This document shows, one piece after another, positions 12,165 through 26,695 of a DNA stretch of 64,000 bases (position 1 is its first letter; each line of letters begins with the position of its first letter). This DNA is from the human T2T-CHM13v2.0 reference genome, Homo sapiens, in assembly GCA_009914755.4 (NCBI GenBank), contig CP068257.2, positions 20,480,001-20,544,000 of the forward strand. Direction: 5' to 3'. The notes beneath the pieces were generated by a model. The model ran no database searches. It was not told where the DNA came from and saw nothing but the letters and a program-made list of their open reading frames with translations. The position numbers were made by a program, and so were the translations under genes.

Positions 12165-12735
12165 TCTCTAGAGGAACAGAACTAATAGGATATATGTATA
12201 TGTGAAAGGGAGTTTATTAAGGAGAATTGACTCACATGATCACAAAGTACAGTCCCATGATATGTCATCTGAAAGTTGAAGAGCAAAAAAGCCAGTGATG
12301 GATCAGTACAAGTCCCAAAACCTTAAAAGTAGGGAAGCCAACAGTGCAGCCTTCAGTCTGTGGCCAAAGGTCCAAGAGTTTCTGGCAAACCACTAGTGTA
12401 AGGCAAAGAGTCCTAAAGCTGAAGAACTTGGAGTCTGATGTTCAAAGGCAAGAAACATCCAGCATGAGAGAAAGATGAAGGCCAGAAGATTCAATAAGCC
12501 TGTTCTTTCATCTTCTCCTGCCTGCTTTTTTCTAGCGATGCTGGCAGCTGATTAGATGACGCCCACCCAGATTGAGGGTGGGTCTGCCTCTTCCAGTCCA
12601 TTGACTTAAATGTTAATCTCCTTTGGCAACACCCTCACAGACCCAGGAACAATACTTTGCATCTCTCAATCCAATCAAGTTGATGCTCAATATTAACCAT
12701 CACAACTGGGGTTTATGTAATACGTAGAATATTTG
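12165..12735 (-). mobile_element. ERVL-MaLR solo LTR (MLT1/MST-like), minus orientation
   Basis: ...cagattgagggtgggtctgcctcttccagtccattgacttaaatgttaatctcctttggcaacaccctcacagac...caatccaatcaagttgatgctcaatattaaccatcacaactgg. It is essentially the reverse complement of the element at 22650-23150. The other end reads gttagggttctctagaggaacagaactaataggatatatg. Confidence 0.75.
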
Positions 12736-14290
12736 ATCGTTTAGGCTGCTGACAGAATTTGTGCTGTGTCAGAATCCGATCAATCAATTAACTGGGAAAA
12801 GAAATAACAAATTTTGCAAAAATTTTAAAAATAATAATTCATAATCAAATAAATCATATCCCAATCTTGTTTTCCTTAGAATAATAAAATATATGGCATT
12901 CTTGGTATCAGTTTCCTATTTGTGAAATATGGAGGTAGGTTAATTTAGTACTTCAATTTCTTTTATTTTCAATATCCTTATTCCAAAGTGTATGAGGTTA
13001 TATTTATAATCATTAAAAATGAAAACAGTTTGAAATTGTTATATATAAATATGTAATATATAATATATGACATCACACATTAAATGTAAAATTTAAAATG
13101 TATCAATCATTTTATAAATAAAATTATATGTTTCACTATGACAGAGTACAGGAAGCCTTAGAAGATTTTTCACTAAATTAAAAATACTGGTTTTTTAGAT
13201 ATTTTATTATTCAACACTAAATTCATATTTCATGGGTTGCCTTATAGTGAGCAATTATTGTCTAAGTGCATAGCCAATCAGGTTTCCGCCAGCATGAACA
13301 TCATGAGTGAATGTATGCAAGTTAACACTGATTGATGGTTCCCTAAAGCAAGGATTGACTAACTATGGCTAGTATAAGCCAGATCATGTCTGATCCCTGG
13401 TTTTGTAAATCAAGTTTTATTGAAACTTGATTCAACACGCCCAGTTACATGCCTATTATCTCAGATGCCTTTCACACTACAATGGCAAAATTGTAGTAGT
13501 TGCAACAGACCATATTGCCTGCAAAGCCCATTATATAAAATAGTTGTCAACTCCTTTGAGAGTAATGAAGAACTAAACAAACACAGAAAACAGTAACATT
13601 GAACAACAATAAGTAAAATGCCAGAGTGAGTATGAGTAACAAACAGAAATTGAGAAATGAATAAGAATGTGCATTTTGTACAAAGCGTTTTTCTGAATTG
13701 AGTAAATTAAGTAGATTTCACCTGTAGAGTTACATAAATAAAAATTAAATATAAATATGTGTGTAATATCAATTTAATAAACAGTCTGGGTCTATGAGCT
13801 TTTTCCCATTGTCCATGAGCTGGAACAAGCTTAGAGTGAAATAGTTGCAGAACTATCCATGAGGCTTGATGGTTAAACACTATGGCCAACACACAAGTGG
13901 TTGTCTACATCAAATGTACACAAATGAGTTCTAAACCTAAATGACTGACATGGTATCTCTGAAATCATTAAATTATTTAAAACCGTGTAAGCCCCAAGAA
14001 CTTTATAACTGTAAATGTCAAGAAAGGTCCCTGGCAATAGTTGTGGGTTCTTTAGGGCTTTTAATGACTTTTCATCAAGGGCAGCTCAACCTCAACAAGT
14101 AAGGTCTTCCGTTGCTGAACAGAAGCAACAGTTTCTGTTGTTTTAATTAACCCCATTGGTTTTTATTATAGATCCCTTGACAACAGTTTGATTTAGGAGT
14201 TGCACAGGGCCTAGCCTTGAGGATCCAGTGTCCACACTATTGGCATCCTTTCTTAAGTAAGAGGAAGAAATTTGAAGCTAATAGACTCCA

Positions 14291-14460
14291 ATGAGACCTA
14301 CTGTGAGTTCATTCTGTAATCTATTTACATTATTTTGTTTATATTTATATTATACTATTTATTATTTTTATTATATCTGCATAAATTATATATTATATAT
14401 AAATTATATATATAATTTATTATTACATTTTAATTATATTATTTCCTTTCTTCTATATTG
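14291..14460. repeat. AT-rich low-complexity sequence, (TATTA/TTATA)-like
   Basis: tatttacattattttgtttatatttatattatactatttattatttttattatatctgcataaattatatattatatataaattatatatataatttattattac. Confidence 0.8.
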
Positions 14461-14892
14461 GGAATCTAATAACGAATGATATCCTGTAAAGTTACTCTTA
14501 TTGAAAGGCCACATTAGTTTGCGTTTCTACATTTTTTATTAACTGTCAATTCTATTTGTGAAGTCCAAACTATGAATAACAAAGCATAAATCAGTAGAGA
14601 AAAGCGAAAAGGGTTCATCCCCTTCCACAATCCAGTACATACTGTGACCCAGGGAAAGGCAGTGATTATTCTTTAAAAATTTAGTGGTCCTATCAGATGA
14701 GACGATAATACTTATTTCATGATTTCTGAATAGTCTTTTGCCTTGACCACCTATAATATATGAGAAAAAAGAAAATAATAAGGAAAAGAATAGGTTAAAA
14801 CATGGAAAATGATTTGCTTTTTAGTGGAATTGACATATCATTTTTATGCAAATGTGTCTTCCCTCTTTCTATTCTGTGAGCTATTTCTCTCA

Positions 14893-15054
14893 CAAAAAGA
14901 TTTTTAGACTAATTGTTGTATCTGCCACTTGCTAAATCTGTTTTCTAAATTACAAATTCAGCCTTCGCTGCGGGTGTACTGCCAGCCCCTTCTTTCACAA
15001 AAGATCTTTGTACTAATTGTTTTATCTGCTGCTGGCTAAATCTGTTTGCTAAAT
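14893..15054 (+). repeat. Local direct duplication of a roughly 60-bp unit, two copies about 100 bp apart, roughly 85% identical
   Basis: cacaaaaagatttttagactaattgttgtatctgccacttgctaaatctgttttctaaat at 14893-14950, against cacaaaagatctttgtactaattgttttatctgctgctggctaaatctgtttgctaaat at 14996-15054. Confidence 0.8.
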
Positions 15055-16832
15055 ATACCTTTCATTGAAATAACAACAAAACCTACTCAGGAAGCAATTA
15101 GCAGGTATGGACATTTTTTTGAAAAAAAGCGGAGCTTATATACTTTAGATTGTGTAGGAGGGCCTGAAAGATAGATGTACAAATCATGTATCAGTCAAGG
15201 GATTACAGGACTTTAAGAAGGACATAATGTTACTTCACAAATGTGTTTTCCAAGAGTTTACAAAAGTAGGTCTTGATACTCATGTGCCTAAAACCATGTA
15301 AGTATGATATGAGACTTTTTATGTGCTATTATCAAAAATAAAATTTTAAAATATGTGTTCTGAATCTTAAATAATGTTTTGCCAAGGTTTTAAGTTTTCA
15401 TGGATTTTCTTCTCTAAATCTTAATTAAAATTTGCTGAATATACTATAGTTTTGCCTCAGAAACAGACATATAAAGCACTATGCTTCTAATGGTTAAAAA
15501 AGACATAAAATAAACCAAAGGAAAAATGAGCTTTTATTATCATTATGGTATATTACCATGTTGAATTTTAAATTTATGAACTAATATCAATTTTCTCTCT
15601 TTAAAAATAATATGCATAAAATTTTTCCTTCTTAATTGGTTTAAAATCTCAGGAAAACAATCAATACCAACATACTGAAAAAAATTTAGGGGATTGCTGA
15701 ATATATGTGAAGCAAATTTTATATAGTTTGAAAATGAGTCTCTCATTTCTGCCACAGGCACAGTTGAGGTTGTGAGTTAACCATGTGATTTACTCGATTA
15801 TGTTGATACTTCTGTAGTGTTTCGTGTAATGAAATTTGCAAATAATGTGAATTTTCTCATTCCAACTGCATTTTACTAATAGCAGAAAATTTTCTAAATT
15901 TCAAGATAAAAACAGACTTCTAATGTGCTAGATTCTCTTTCCCAGTGGAAATTTGTTCAAAATGTTGTTTTAGATTTGCTTACAATGTTGTTTTAAACCT
16001 GTTTAAAATTTTAAAACCATATGGACAATGGTTTTACTCTTAGACTTTTAAACAATACGGTTTTATCATGGATTCCCAAAGTATGGTGACAACTTCTATC
16101 ACAAAATAGTCTATATCTAAATAGAAACTGATAAAAATGGAATAAAACTTTCTCTATTAGAGTGTATTTGCTTGTAGCATGTTTGGCAACATAAATGGTA
16201 GAAATATAAGTTAATCAGTGAATATTAATTTTAAACTACTTATTATATATCCGTGTTTTGGGTTATATAAAGAAGAAATATGTCTATTATTTCGGAAACA
16301 ATATCAATAAATAGTTATGGTGGACAGATTAACAATAAATCTGGCCCTGAATGGTACTAGAAACGTGAATATTTTATTGATGCTCAGGAAAAGAAAGGCA
16401 GTATAAATAACAATGTTTTAATTTTACTTCTGATGAAATATCTGAAAATGGTAATTATTTAACTTAGAGCAATCAAAATAAGAATATTGCTTACTCCGCA
16501 ATATTCTCCATTGCAATTTTAGAAGATCAAATAAACACAAACACACTTACATGTGTATGAGTATATACATACATATAATTTTCCACCTAATTTGCATTTT
16601 ACTAAAATATAAATAAATATTTTTAAACATGATATTCTATACACAAATGCTAATTTAAAAATAAATGACAGAATTGAAATGTAGTTTTTACTTGTGAATT
16701 AAAATATAAACTGTTTAATATTATTAGTAAAATATTATTGTTCCTGTTTTTTATTGAGCATACAATGATGCAGCTTTGATTTATTTAATATTCTTTTGTT
16801 TTGCTGATTTTTATCTGTATATATTATTGAAT

Positions 16833-17124
16833 TTTTTTTTTTTGAAACAGAGTCTTACTCTGTTACCCACGCTGGATTACAGTGGCTCCATCTCAGCTCA
16901 CTGCAACCTACACCTCCTGGGTTCAAGGGATTCTCTTGCCTCTGCCTCCTGAGTAGGTAGGATTACAGGCGTGCATCACCACACCTGGCTAATTTTTGTA
17001 TTTTTAGTAGAGACAGGTTTTACCATATTGTCCAGGCTGATCTCAATCTCCTGACCACAGGTGATCTGCCTACTTCGGCCTCCCAAAGTACTGGGATTGC
17101 AGGCATGAGCCACCATGCCCGACC
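16833..17124 (-). mobile_element. Alu (full-length, AluS-like), minus orientation
   Basis: Poly-T at 16833-16843, then gaaacagagtcttactctgttacccacgctggattacagtggc...gggattgcaggcatgagccaccatgcccgacc. Approximate target-site duplication attga(a)tttt. Confidence 0.9.
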
Positions 17125-20100
17125 AAGACATTGATTTTTTTATTAAATTACCCTTACCAGGACTTAAGGATGCCATTTTGTCATTTATTCTAAATAACAA
17201 GAATAATTGTATGCACAATTTGTTGCTCCTCAGTATTTATTTTTATTGATATAAAATTTTTACTTTTCTCATTAAACTAAAGTGAATTCAATAATTAGAG
17301 TATATAGTTATGAACATATTATCAATATTGCTTTTATGTGTATTTATAATGTATTAAATATTAAGTCATAAAATAAGTCCCTAAAAATCTTTTTATTCCA
17401 AATGTTTAGTGTAAAATATATTTTAATTTTCACCTGCTCTACCATCAGTTTAGTAAAACCACTACCTAGAAAAACACAGGGACTCAATGTTTGGCACATC
17501 TCATTGCCTTGTATTTTTTTTTCTTTTTTTGGTTTGGTTTTGTGTCGTCTTCCATTCACGTGCTCTGTTTGAAATTCTTTCCTCCTTTGTAATCTGTAAT
17601 AGAATCTTTCAGTTGATTTTTATTCTAAACTGATAACAAACTGGATTTCAGTTTCATTTGTGAAGTATTCACATCCTAAATATAAATGTTTTTTAAGTTG
17701 TCTCATTAAAAAAATCATTTTAAAGCTATCCCCTAGAAATCACATACTCTAAGATTTTTCTGTACAGATGCTTATATAGTCTAAGTCTTCTGTATTTTTG
17801 CTCATGTCTCTGTAATCAAGTCCCATATTAGCAATAGCCTGTAGGAATATTCACATGCTTACTTTAAACTTAACATGCTCAAAATAGAAACTACAGTCAT
17901 TTCTTCAACAACAGCTCCTATAGACGTACTTATTGAAGTCATCACTAGCATTAACATATAAATCCATCTTTCTGTCTGATGGTTGCAGCATTTAGATAAT
18001 TTCAAGGTCTGGATGTGCTGACTACTTTATCTTTTAACAATGGCTATTTTTTCTAACTTTTTTATGTAACACATCTTAGATTTTAGAATGAAAATTATGT
18101 GCAAATGAACAGTGGAGAATGAGGTAAACATTTATGTTTTGAAATGGGTCTGTCCTTTCTTTTGTCAAGTCGTAATTGTAAAGTATTTAGTCACTGTTGT
18201 CAGGAGTTGAGTTGGGTTTGGGTTTTGTTGTGGCTACATTTATTACCTTTATACTGAGATGTCAATTTCCTTTCATCTTGGTCAGCTGGTACCATATACT
18301 GGATGTGGGGTCTGGGGTGCTGAAGAGATTTTTGTGTTCCTAATCTACTTTCCGCTTTCCGTAATTTCTGAACAAGCCTGTGCCACAGAGAGTGTTTATA
18401 TATCATTTTGTCCCTTCCACAATAAACAGTAGACTGTCATTTCTGTTAATGGGTGCAGGTGTCAAAGTGGAGGTAGGGTTGGTTCTGTCTTCCACTTCGT
18501 CAGCCTCATTGACTTGGCCTTTACAAATGGAGCTTTTTCAGTGTGACTTATGACAGCCATTATCTGCCTTGTGTCTGAGAGAGCCTTGGGCAGGAACAGT
18601 TTTCACAACTTACCATGACAATACTGATCTCGCTTTGAATCAGTGCTTTGAATCAATCAACCCCAGTAGGCTTCTTGCTCTCCACCAGAGACTGCCAGGT
18701 TTTGGGTCTATTCCTCCCTCAGAGGCAGTGCACCATTGCCTGAGACTAGGTCCAAGATGGTAGTATCCTGCTTCTTTCCCAGTGATATTGCTTATTTGTT
18801 TGTGCAAAGCTTGTTGTGACAGCAGAGGTAGTTTGTTATCTCTTCCCCCAGAGGTAGATTGCTTCTACTTCTACCTAGAGGCAGTGGACTTATTCTACAA
18901 CGCTGGGAGCAGAACTGTTTCCTGCCCATAATGGAGCTGTTTATGGCGTTTACTTTTCTGAGAGAAAAGTTCCAGAACATGGTCAGGGCTTCATGTCACT
19001 GTCCACGTTTGTCAGTTTTGTGCCTTTGTCCAACCAAAGGTTCCTCTCTCAGCTCTTTGCCCTGCATGTAGTTTATCTCATGAGTATCTAGAGGTGAAAA
19101 AGACCTCACAAGTTAGTGTAAACTCCATTATGTCTGAGGCTCCCACTACGCTCTCTTACTTGACAACATTTGACCCTGAAGAATTTGTAAAGTTTTCATT
19201 GTTTTCTTCTTTCACATTTCTAGAGCATGAAACTCTAAAGAAAGAAACACAAAGTCCTTGGTACCATGCTCCACCTTGTGTTTCTTGGAGAGGCTTGGCA
19301 CCTTGGTTCACCTGGTAACCTTGGAACCACAGCTTCCTGATTGATGCACTTGAGAAATGTTAGGATTCTGTTGACTACCCTGTTGCCTTTTGTTTGTTTG
19401 TTTGCTTTAGGGTGGAAGCAATGTCTACTTGCGGCTTTCCACCTTCTAAGTGGAAGCAGAACTTGGTTGCAAGTAATTCATTTAGGAGGTAATTCCTGCA
19501 AACAATGTTGAGTGAATGGGAAAGTGAGCAGCCGGTGGAAGGCAATGCAAATTGCATCAGAGAATAGGTTGTAACTGTATAACTAGAAACCTCTGGGAGA
19601 CTGTGTAGTGCTTGTCTCAGAGCTTTCTTACCTGAAAATAAAAAAGCTGGGGTACTCATCCACTTAGTATTTTCTCCATCACTTCCATCTTCATCAACTT
19701 ATTTCTAAGGTTATTCTGATAGGCAAGTTATTTATTGGAAATTATGAATTTACCTTCCTACCATTTATCTGGCTGAGTCTGATTACTTTGTCCTTCTGCT
19801 TTTCTTCGAAACTGTTATAATTTTCATAATTCTAACCAATTTATGTATTTTAACATATTTTAGCGTGATAGGAATTTTTGAGAAATTAATTTTAATAAGC
19901 ATATATCAAATTTACTTTGCATTTATATATTATATAATATGAAGTTAATGTTTATTTTGTCTTATAATGAATGATTTATAGAATTCTGGGAGTATGGATG
20001 GATTCTCGTGGTAATTTACATATCTCTCTTAATACATCACCTGTGCATATCAGCCCTAAGAATATAAGTAAACCTCTCTGAGCCCAGTAGAGTTTATAGT

Positions 20101-20696
20101 TTCAATTTAATCTAGTCTCCACCTACTGTAATTAAAGGCCGTAACTGGAAATATAGTCATTGATAAATGTGTGCTAGGAAAAGAGGGCTGTGTCTGCTGA
20201 TTGTTTTGTAATTAATCACCGTGGTGAGAAGCTACAATATTGTTATACTCAAATCTTCAGGTATGATCTTCAGCTAAATAATATATGACTCCAAGGATGT
20301 TAAATAATTTAATGTTCAAATGATCTATTTCAATCAAGAGTTATCACAAAAGCCAATAATGGGGAGTGCTTTCAAATCAAGAGCTCAAATGCTAATTAGA
20401 AGATATGCAATAAGAGCCCAGAAAAAAGACGATTGCATTTGGTATAGAAATCATGCAAAAGCAGTTTTCATACAGTTACGAGGGGTGAAAGGGCTTCCAG
20501 AGAGAATCTGAGACAAGTGATTAAGTAGAAGTGCTATTTCCCCTGCCATGAATGGAAAGACAGAAATGGAATGGCAGCCAGAGTAGGGTGTATTTGAGTC
20601 TTTGCTTGCTATGTCCTCTGAGAACAGCTAGAGCATATTTATATGTTGCTGATGGGAATTTTCCAGTGAAAATGGCCATTGGGAATTAATGACAGT

Positions 20697-20710
20697 GGGG
20701 GGGGGGGGGG
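20697..20710. repeat. Poly-G homopolymer of 14 nt
   Basis: gacagtggggggggggggggtcgaaatg. Confidence 0.9.
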
Positions 20711-22649
20711 TCGAAATGCTGAAGTCAAGTTTTTGCAAAAGGTATAGAGTGTGGAAAACAAAAAATAATTTAATGAATGTGTTGTCCTTACATAAGAACA
20801 ATAAGACCATAGTAAACACATCACTTTGTAAAAATATAAACATACATATTATCACTACAAAAGCCTAGGCTGATGATTTGAAGTGTGATAATGAACAAGA
20901 TTCGTTTGACAGCTCCTATTTTCTCATTAAGGTAAGAGGCCTTCGGAAAAATGTATGCGTAGGATTACTGGCATATTTAAAGCACATTTTAAATAAAAAT
21001 TATATATTTTACACTAGTTCTTCATATGATGAGAGCTTTAAAAATAGGAAAATATTTAACAAGATAATACTTATTTTTAGTCTGTGAAATCATTTCCTGT
21101 AAGCTCTGAAGCAGAGATAATTATGTTCCACTACAAAAGGAGTTATTTGCTCTCCTGTTAATGTGGGTAAGAGATTTCCAGGGTTTTTGTAGGTTTCTTA
21201 TTTTCCTTTAAAAGTGAAAACAAATATATAGCATTTTTTTCTTAGTCCTCTTACTGAGGACTTCTAGCATGCCCTTGGTTATACAAATACATAATTGAGA
21301 CGTATAGCAGACACTTCACTTAAACACAGATTGGTTGTAGGCATAAGTAATCTGCAATATTTTTATAAATCCTAAACCAGCAAGCATAGTCATATATTCA
21401 TAAAAAGTGAAGCAGCTAAGAAAACATGGGCAACAATATTTTCAACTAAAATATCATGCAACACGATGGTTTTTGAGTAATTATCAGAGACTGATACAAG
21501 GGAAGTATTCTCTTAATCAGAGAGTTTTGATTAATTTAATCACACTTTCACTGTGCCTATGAAAATAATGTCTCCACTGGTGTTCTAATTTGAAACAACA
21601 GACTCTTTTTATTATTGAATGAAAGGTACCAGTCATAATGATAGTATTATGGCTGAATATTCAGTCCTGAAAAGTAATATGACAGAAATAATAAAGTTGA
21701 TTACCAAAAAAGGAAAGTGAACATTCACTGACATATATTCACCTGGCAAAATAATAGTCATCACTAGCCAGTGATGAAGAAAGACATTGTCCAATTAAAT
21801 ATACTGTTTTTGGTTCTGAGTCTGTTGAATGCCAATTATTTTTGTCCCGTTTGTAGATATATCACACATTCGGAGCATAAATACATTTCTTTAAAATAAT
21901 TTTATATGTCAATATTTATACATTGTTACTATTTACTAGATTATCAACTTTATTTCCCTCCCTATTCTCGACTATGTTTATGTTGTTTTCATGTTATGTC
22001 ATTAACTATTCACAAAGCTGATTAAAATAAACTGATTCTAAAACAGATTTACAGCTATATGAGTCACTTATTTTTAATCTAGAAAACATAAATACATGCC
22101 CTCCAGAAGACACGGTAGTTTATTGACACAAGGAAATGCCGGTGGGATCTTTAAAGTGTATGCAGATCTAAATCCAGGCACATCAAAACCCAGGTGTTGA
22201 AATGCTATGATTCCTGGTGCCCCACCTCAAGGCCAGTGGCTGAATTTTGATGTGGAGAAGGTATTAACTAAAATCGAGTGGACATGTAGAAAGCATTAAT
22301 TTGAATTTGGGATGATGCATGGAGCCAGGAGGCAAACAAAAGGAAGAATTTACCTTCCAGAATCTCTAGACTGGCACAACACTTACCAAGAAATCACATG
22401 ATTGATTTTGTCCTGTTCTTTTAGCACAGTGAAGGGTAGGGTCCCCAGCACCCAGAAGTGGCTTCCCACTCCTTATCCACGAATACTCTGGTTCCCTGTC
22501 AATGGCTTCTAATTCAAACATCCCTAAAGGTCTATTCTAAACAGTATGTTTTTTTTCCAAGTCAAATGATCAGAATATTTCTTCATGCATTCTAAGCACA
22601 TCTAGCCAGCAATTATGCCAGACACCATGGGAATTTTGTAGTTTGGGCA

Positions 22650-23150
22650 TTCTCATCAAACTTGTAAGCAGTGACACAGCCAACAGACTTCTCATCACTG
22701 TGATGGTTAATACTGAGTGTCAACTTGATTGCATTGAAGGATGCAAAGTATTGTTCCTGGGTATAATTGTGAGGGTGTTGCCAAAGGAGATTAAATTTGA
22801 GTCAGCAGACTGGGAAAGGAAACCCACCCTCAATCTGGGTGGCCACAATCTAATTAGCTGCCAGCGCAGCCAGAATAAAAGCAGGCAGAAGAACCTGAAA
22901 AGACTAGACTGGCTTAGCCTCCCAGGCTACATCTTTCTCCCGTGTTGGATGTTTCCTGCTCTCGAACATCACACTCCAAGTTCTTCAGCTTTGGGACTCA
23001 GAATGGCTTCCTTGATTCTCAGCTTGCAGACAGCCTATTGTGGGACCTCACCTTGTGATTGTGTTGAGTTAATACTCCTTAATAAATTCCCCTTTATACA
23101 TATACATTTATCCTATTAATTCTGCCCTCTAGAGAATCCTGACTAATACA
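22650..23150 (+). mobile_element. ERVL-MaLR solo LTR (MLT1/MST-like), plus orientation; the 158-aa ORF at 22643-23119 lies wholly inside it
   Basis: gtgatggttaatactgagtgtcaacttgattgcattgaaggatgcaaagtattgttcctgg...ccaccctcaatctgggtggccacaatctaattagctgccag...ttaataaattcccctttatacatatacatttatcctattaattctgccctctagagaatcctgactaatacaatc. Confidence 0.8.
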
Positions 23151-24689
23151 ATCACCTTCATCATTGTCTCATTTCTGGACTTCAGCTTCTTTTTTTTTAT
23201 CAAAACATGGGAGTTCAAATCTCTATGTCATTGAAGATATTAAGGAAGGTAAAACTATTCTGCCCCAATAGTTAGGCCATTGCCTTCACCAACAGATTGA
23301 CAATCAGCTGGCTCTTGTCAGATTTAGCTACACTTATTAGGGCTGCGAAGAATTGCTCTGGGCTCTTGGAAGACTTAACAAATTCACCTTCTCCTTTATC
23401 AAGAAACAACTTGCTTTCTATAGCATGTTTATTCCTACTATGAAACCGTGACTAGGAGAGAAAGTCCATAAACATTTTTTTTTCCGAAAAATCTCTCGCT
23501 TGGAAAGTGGGACTAGGTATGCTTCCTTTTGGGCAGTTTCAAATTTATTTTTATTTCTGGAAGCATTTTTGACCTGGAAGCATCCTCTGCATGAAAACAG
23601 AAGTTCTCAGACAGGATGAAAAGAAAGCAGATAAGTCAGCACTGGGTTTCTCCACTTATGGGCCCAACAAATCTTTCAGGAACATAAAATGCCTGCTTAG
23701 CAGGTATTTGAGAGAGAGAGTAATGCTTCCTTCAGGCATAGAAATACCATCAACCTGATCCAGTAGGTTCACAGGGACGATTAACTTGCCTTTATTAACT
23801 AAATGAAAACATTTATCTACTAGTTGTTATCACAGTACATTAGAGGAAAGTTGAATTTTGCTTTTATGTTGTCCATTCTAAACTTGTTAGAAAATGACAA
23901 CTAGGCATTGGAGGAAGCTCCATTATTCACCCAAGAAGACAATATGAATTTGCAGGTTCACAAAAGGGCATTTACCCTGAGTTGATTATTCTACATTGTA
24001 TACATGTATGAAAATATCACAGGTACTGCAATGTAACCTAAAATTATGTGCAACTGTGATATTTTAATAAAAATCTAAAAATGTCAAAATATCCATAAAT
24101 ATATGCAAGTCTATTATCTACATTATTATTGCTTAAACTATTGGTGATAAAACATTATGTTTGTGTTTGTAATTTTGTCTTTTATTTGCATTCTGTTATG
24201 GCCAAATACTTTTGTAAAATATTAGAAATAATGAATTACTAAAATTAAAACACAAATTCATATAAAAAGGCATTTATGCTGAGAATGTCCAATCATTATT
24301 ACTGTGCACACATATACAGACACACACGCATATGTATTTCAAGTAAGCCTTTAATATGCCCATATAATTCTATTATTTTCTTTTTTTAACTCAAATGGCA
24401 TATTCATTTGAAATTGTATTTCAATGATATACGATTAATGAAGAGAAGAGATTGTGGATTGCCATATATCCTATCATGTCCCAGAAGGTAGTCATTTGTG
24501 ACTATTTTCCTGGCATATTTATTATAATGCCAATTTTTACTCTCAGGAGAGTCACAGTTTAGATGATAAATAGATACGGTTCGTTGAAGTTAAGGTGATG
24601 CAACTTTCTGAAATGTAACATGGGAGAGGTGGGTGAGTTGGAATTGACCAGATTCTAGGATTTTCTTTTTAAGAGTGTTACATTGGCCA

Positions 24690-25750
24690 CATTCATAGAG
24701 AAGTGGGATTTAATAAAACTAAAAAACTTCTGCACAGGAAAAAAAATAGAGTAAAAATGCAGTGCATGAAATGGGAGAAAATATTTGCAAACCATATTAT
24801 CAAAACCATGTATCATGTCAGGAGTTACTCTCCAAAATATAATATATATAAATATAAATTGCTACATCACAATAGCAAAACAAAAACAAAACAATAAATA
24901 ACCCAATTAGAAAATGGGCAAGGAATTTGAACAGACAATTCTCCAAAGAAGAAATACAAATGGGCAACAAGTAAAAAAAAGGTGCTTAACATCACTAATC
25001 ATCAGGAAAATGCAAATCAAAACCACAAGAACATATCACCTCACAGCTATCAGGATGATTGTTATTACAAAGAAGGAAAAAAAAAAGTGTTGGTAAGGAT
25101 GTGGAGAAATTGGAACCCTTTTACACTGTTGGTGGGAATGTAAAATGATGCAGCCACTATGAAAAACCCTGTAAGTTTCTTCAAAAAACTAAAAACAGAA
25201 CAACCATATAATCCAGCTGTCCCACTTCTGGATATATAGCCAAAGTAATTGAAACCAGGATTTCATAGAGTTAACCCACATTCTCATATTCCTTGCACAT
25301 TATTCACAATAGTCAAGATACAGAAAAATACCCTGAATATCCGTAAGTGGATGAATATAAATAAGATGTGGTAGACATGATATGGAATATCATTCAGCTT
25401 TAACGAAGAAGGAAATTCTGCCCTACATGACAGCATGGGTGAACCTGGAGGACACTGTGCTAAGTGAAATAAGCCAGTTACAGAAAGACGAATACTGCCT
25501 AACTCCAGTTATATGAGGAATCTGAAATAAACTGATAAACACAGAATAAGACTATGGTTGTCAAGGGTTTGTGGGAGGAAAAAATGAGAAGTTGCTGTTC
25601 AACAGGTATAAAGATTCAGTTATAGAAGATGTGTAAGTTTAAAAGATCTACTGTACAATATTGTGCCTGTTAACAATACTGTTAAACCTAAAAAAAATTG
25701 TTGAGGGTACATCTCATGTTAAGTGTTCTTACCACAATAAAAAAAAATTA
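24690..25750 (+). mobile_element. Old LINE-1 (L1M-like) 3' portion: ORF2 C-terminal remnant plus 3'UTR and an A-rich tail
   Basis: ...aaaaaacttctgcacaggaaaaaaaatagagtaaaaatgcagtgcatgaaatgggagaaaatatttgcaaaccat...gaaaatgcaaatcaaaaccacaagaacatatcacctcacagctatcaggatg...gtgttggtaaggatgtggagaaattggaaccctttacactgttggtgggaatgtaaaatg...cattattcacaatagtcaagatacagaaaaataccc...aataaaaaaaaat. Confidence 0.75.
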
Positions 25751-26082
25751 TCTATAAAGACGGTTGAGCCTGGAGCGAAGAAATACATAACAAATCATGT
25801 CTGGAAGCATTTAATAAATTAGGGAGTGTCAGAGAGGTATGTGGAGGTAGAGAAGATGATATAGATTTTTTTTTCTTAATTTGATAATGGAATAATGGTC
25901 ATGAAATAAGACTAGTGAGAAAGTAAGACAACAAATCTACCTTGCAGTCCTCAGGTGTAAGAGAGAGGGAATAAGGAATACCATTTAGGAGGACTTCAAA
26001 AAAAAAAGATTTCCTTGGAGAAGAGCTAAGCTTCAGTTAAGGTAAACTGGCAGAACATAGCAGTTTAAAATAACAGCTTAAG

Positions 26083-26400
<318 letters not shown>

Positions 26401-26695
26401 GACAGTTTAAGATATTACCGTAATTCCTGGATAAGAAGCACCAGTTACAAAGGACAGTAAAAGAATTCTCGCTGTAGGAAGATGGAGATAAAATGAAGGA
26501 ACAACTAGAAATGGGAGAAGATAGTAAGTGGAAATGCTAATGCAGTGGATCATAGATCTGTATCTCTGCATGTGTGCTTCGTTCTTTGTATTGTACTTTA
26601 AGAAGTCACAAATAGTACTCAAGTTGTAAGAATATTAATCATCTTAGCAAAAGAGTCTTGCAGTACTGGGATTTATACACAACAAAGAAACACAT

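Noticed and set aside
13230-13560. A possible ancient DNA-transposon or MER-type repeat: ...tttcacactacaatggcaaaattgtagtagttgcaacagaccatattgcctgcaaagccc...
   Set aside because: It is reminiscent of a repeat family I cannot name or verify without Dfam. The evidence is insufficient for a feature call.
22643-23119. The longest ORF in the track (158 aa, plus strand)
   Set aside because: It lies entirely within an MLT1/MST-type MaLR solo LTR, and the same LTR in reverse at 12165-12735 has no such ORF. LTRs of this family are non-coding. The ORF is a chance open frame.
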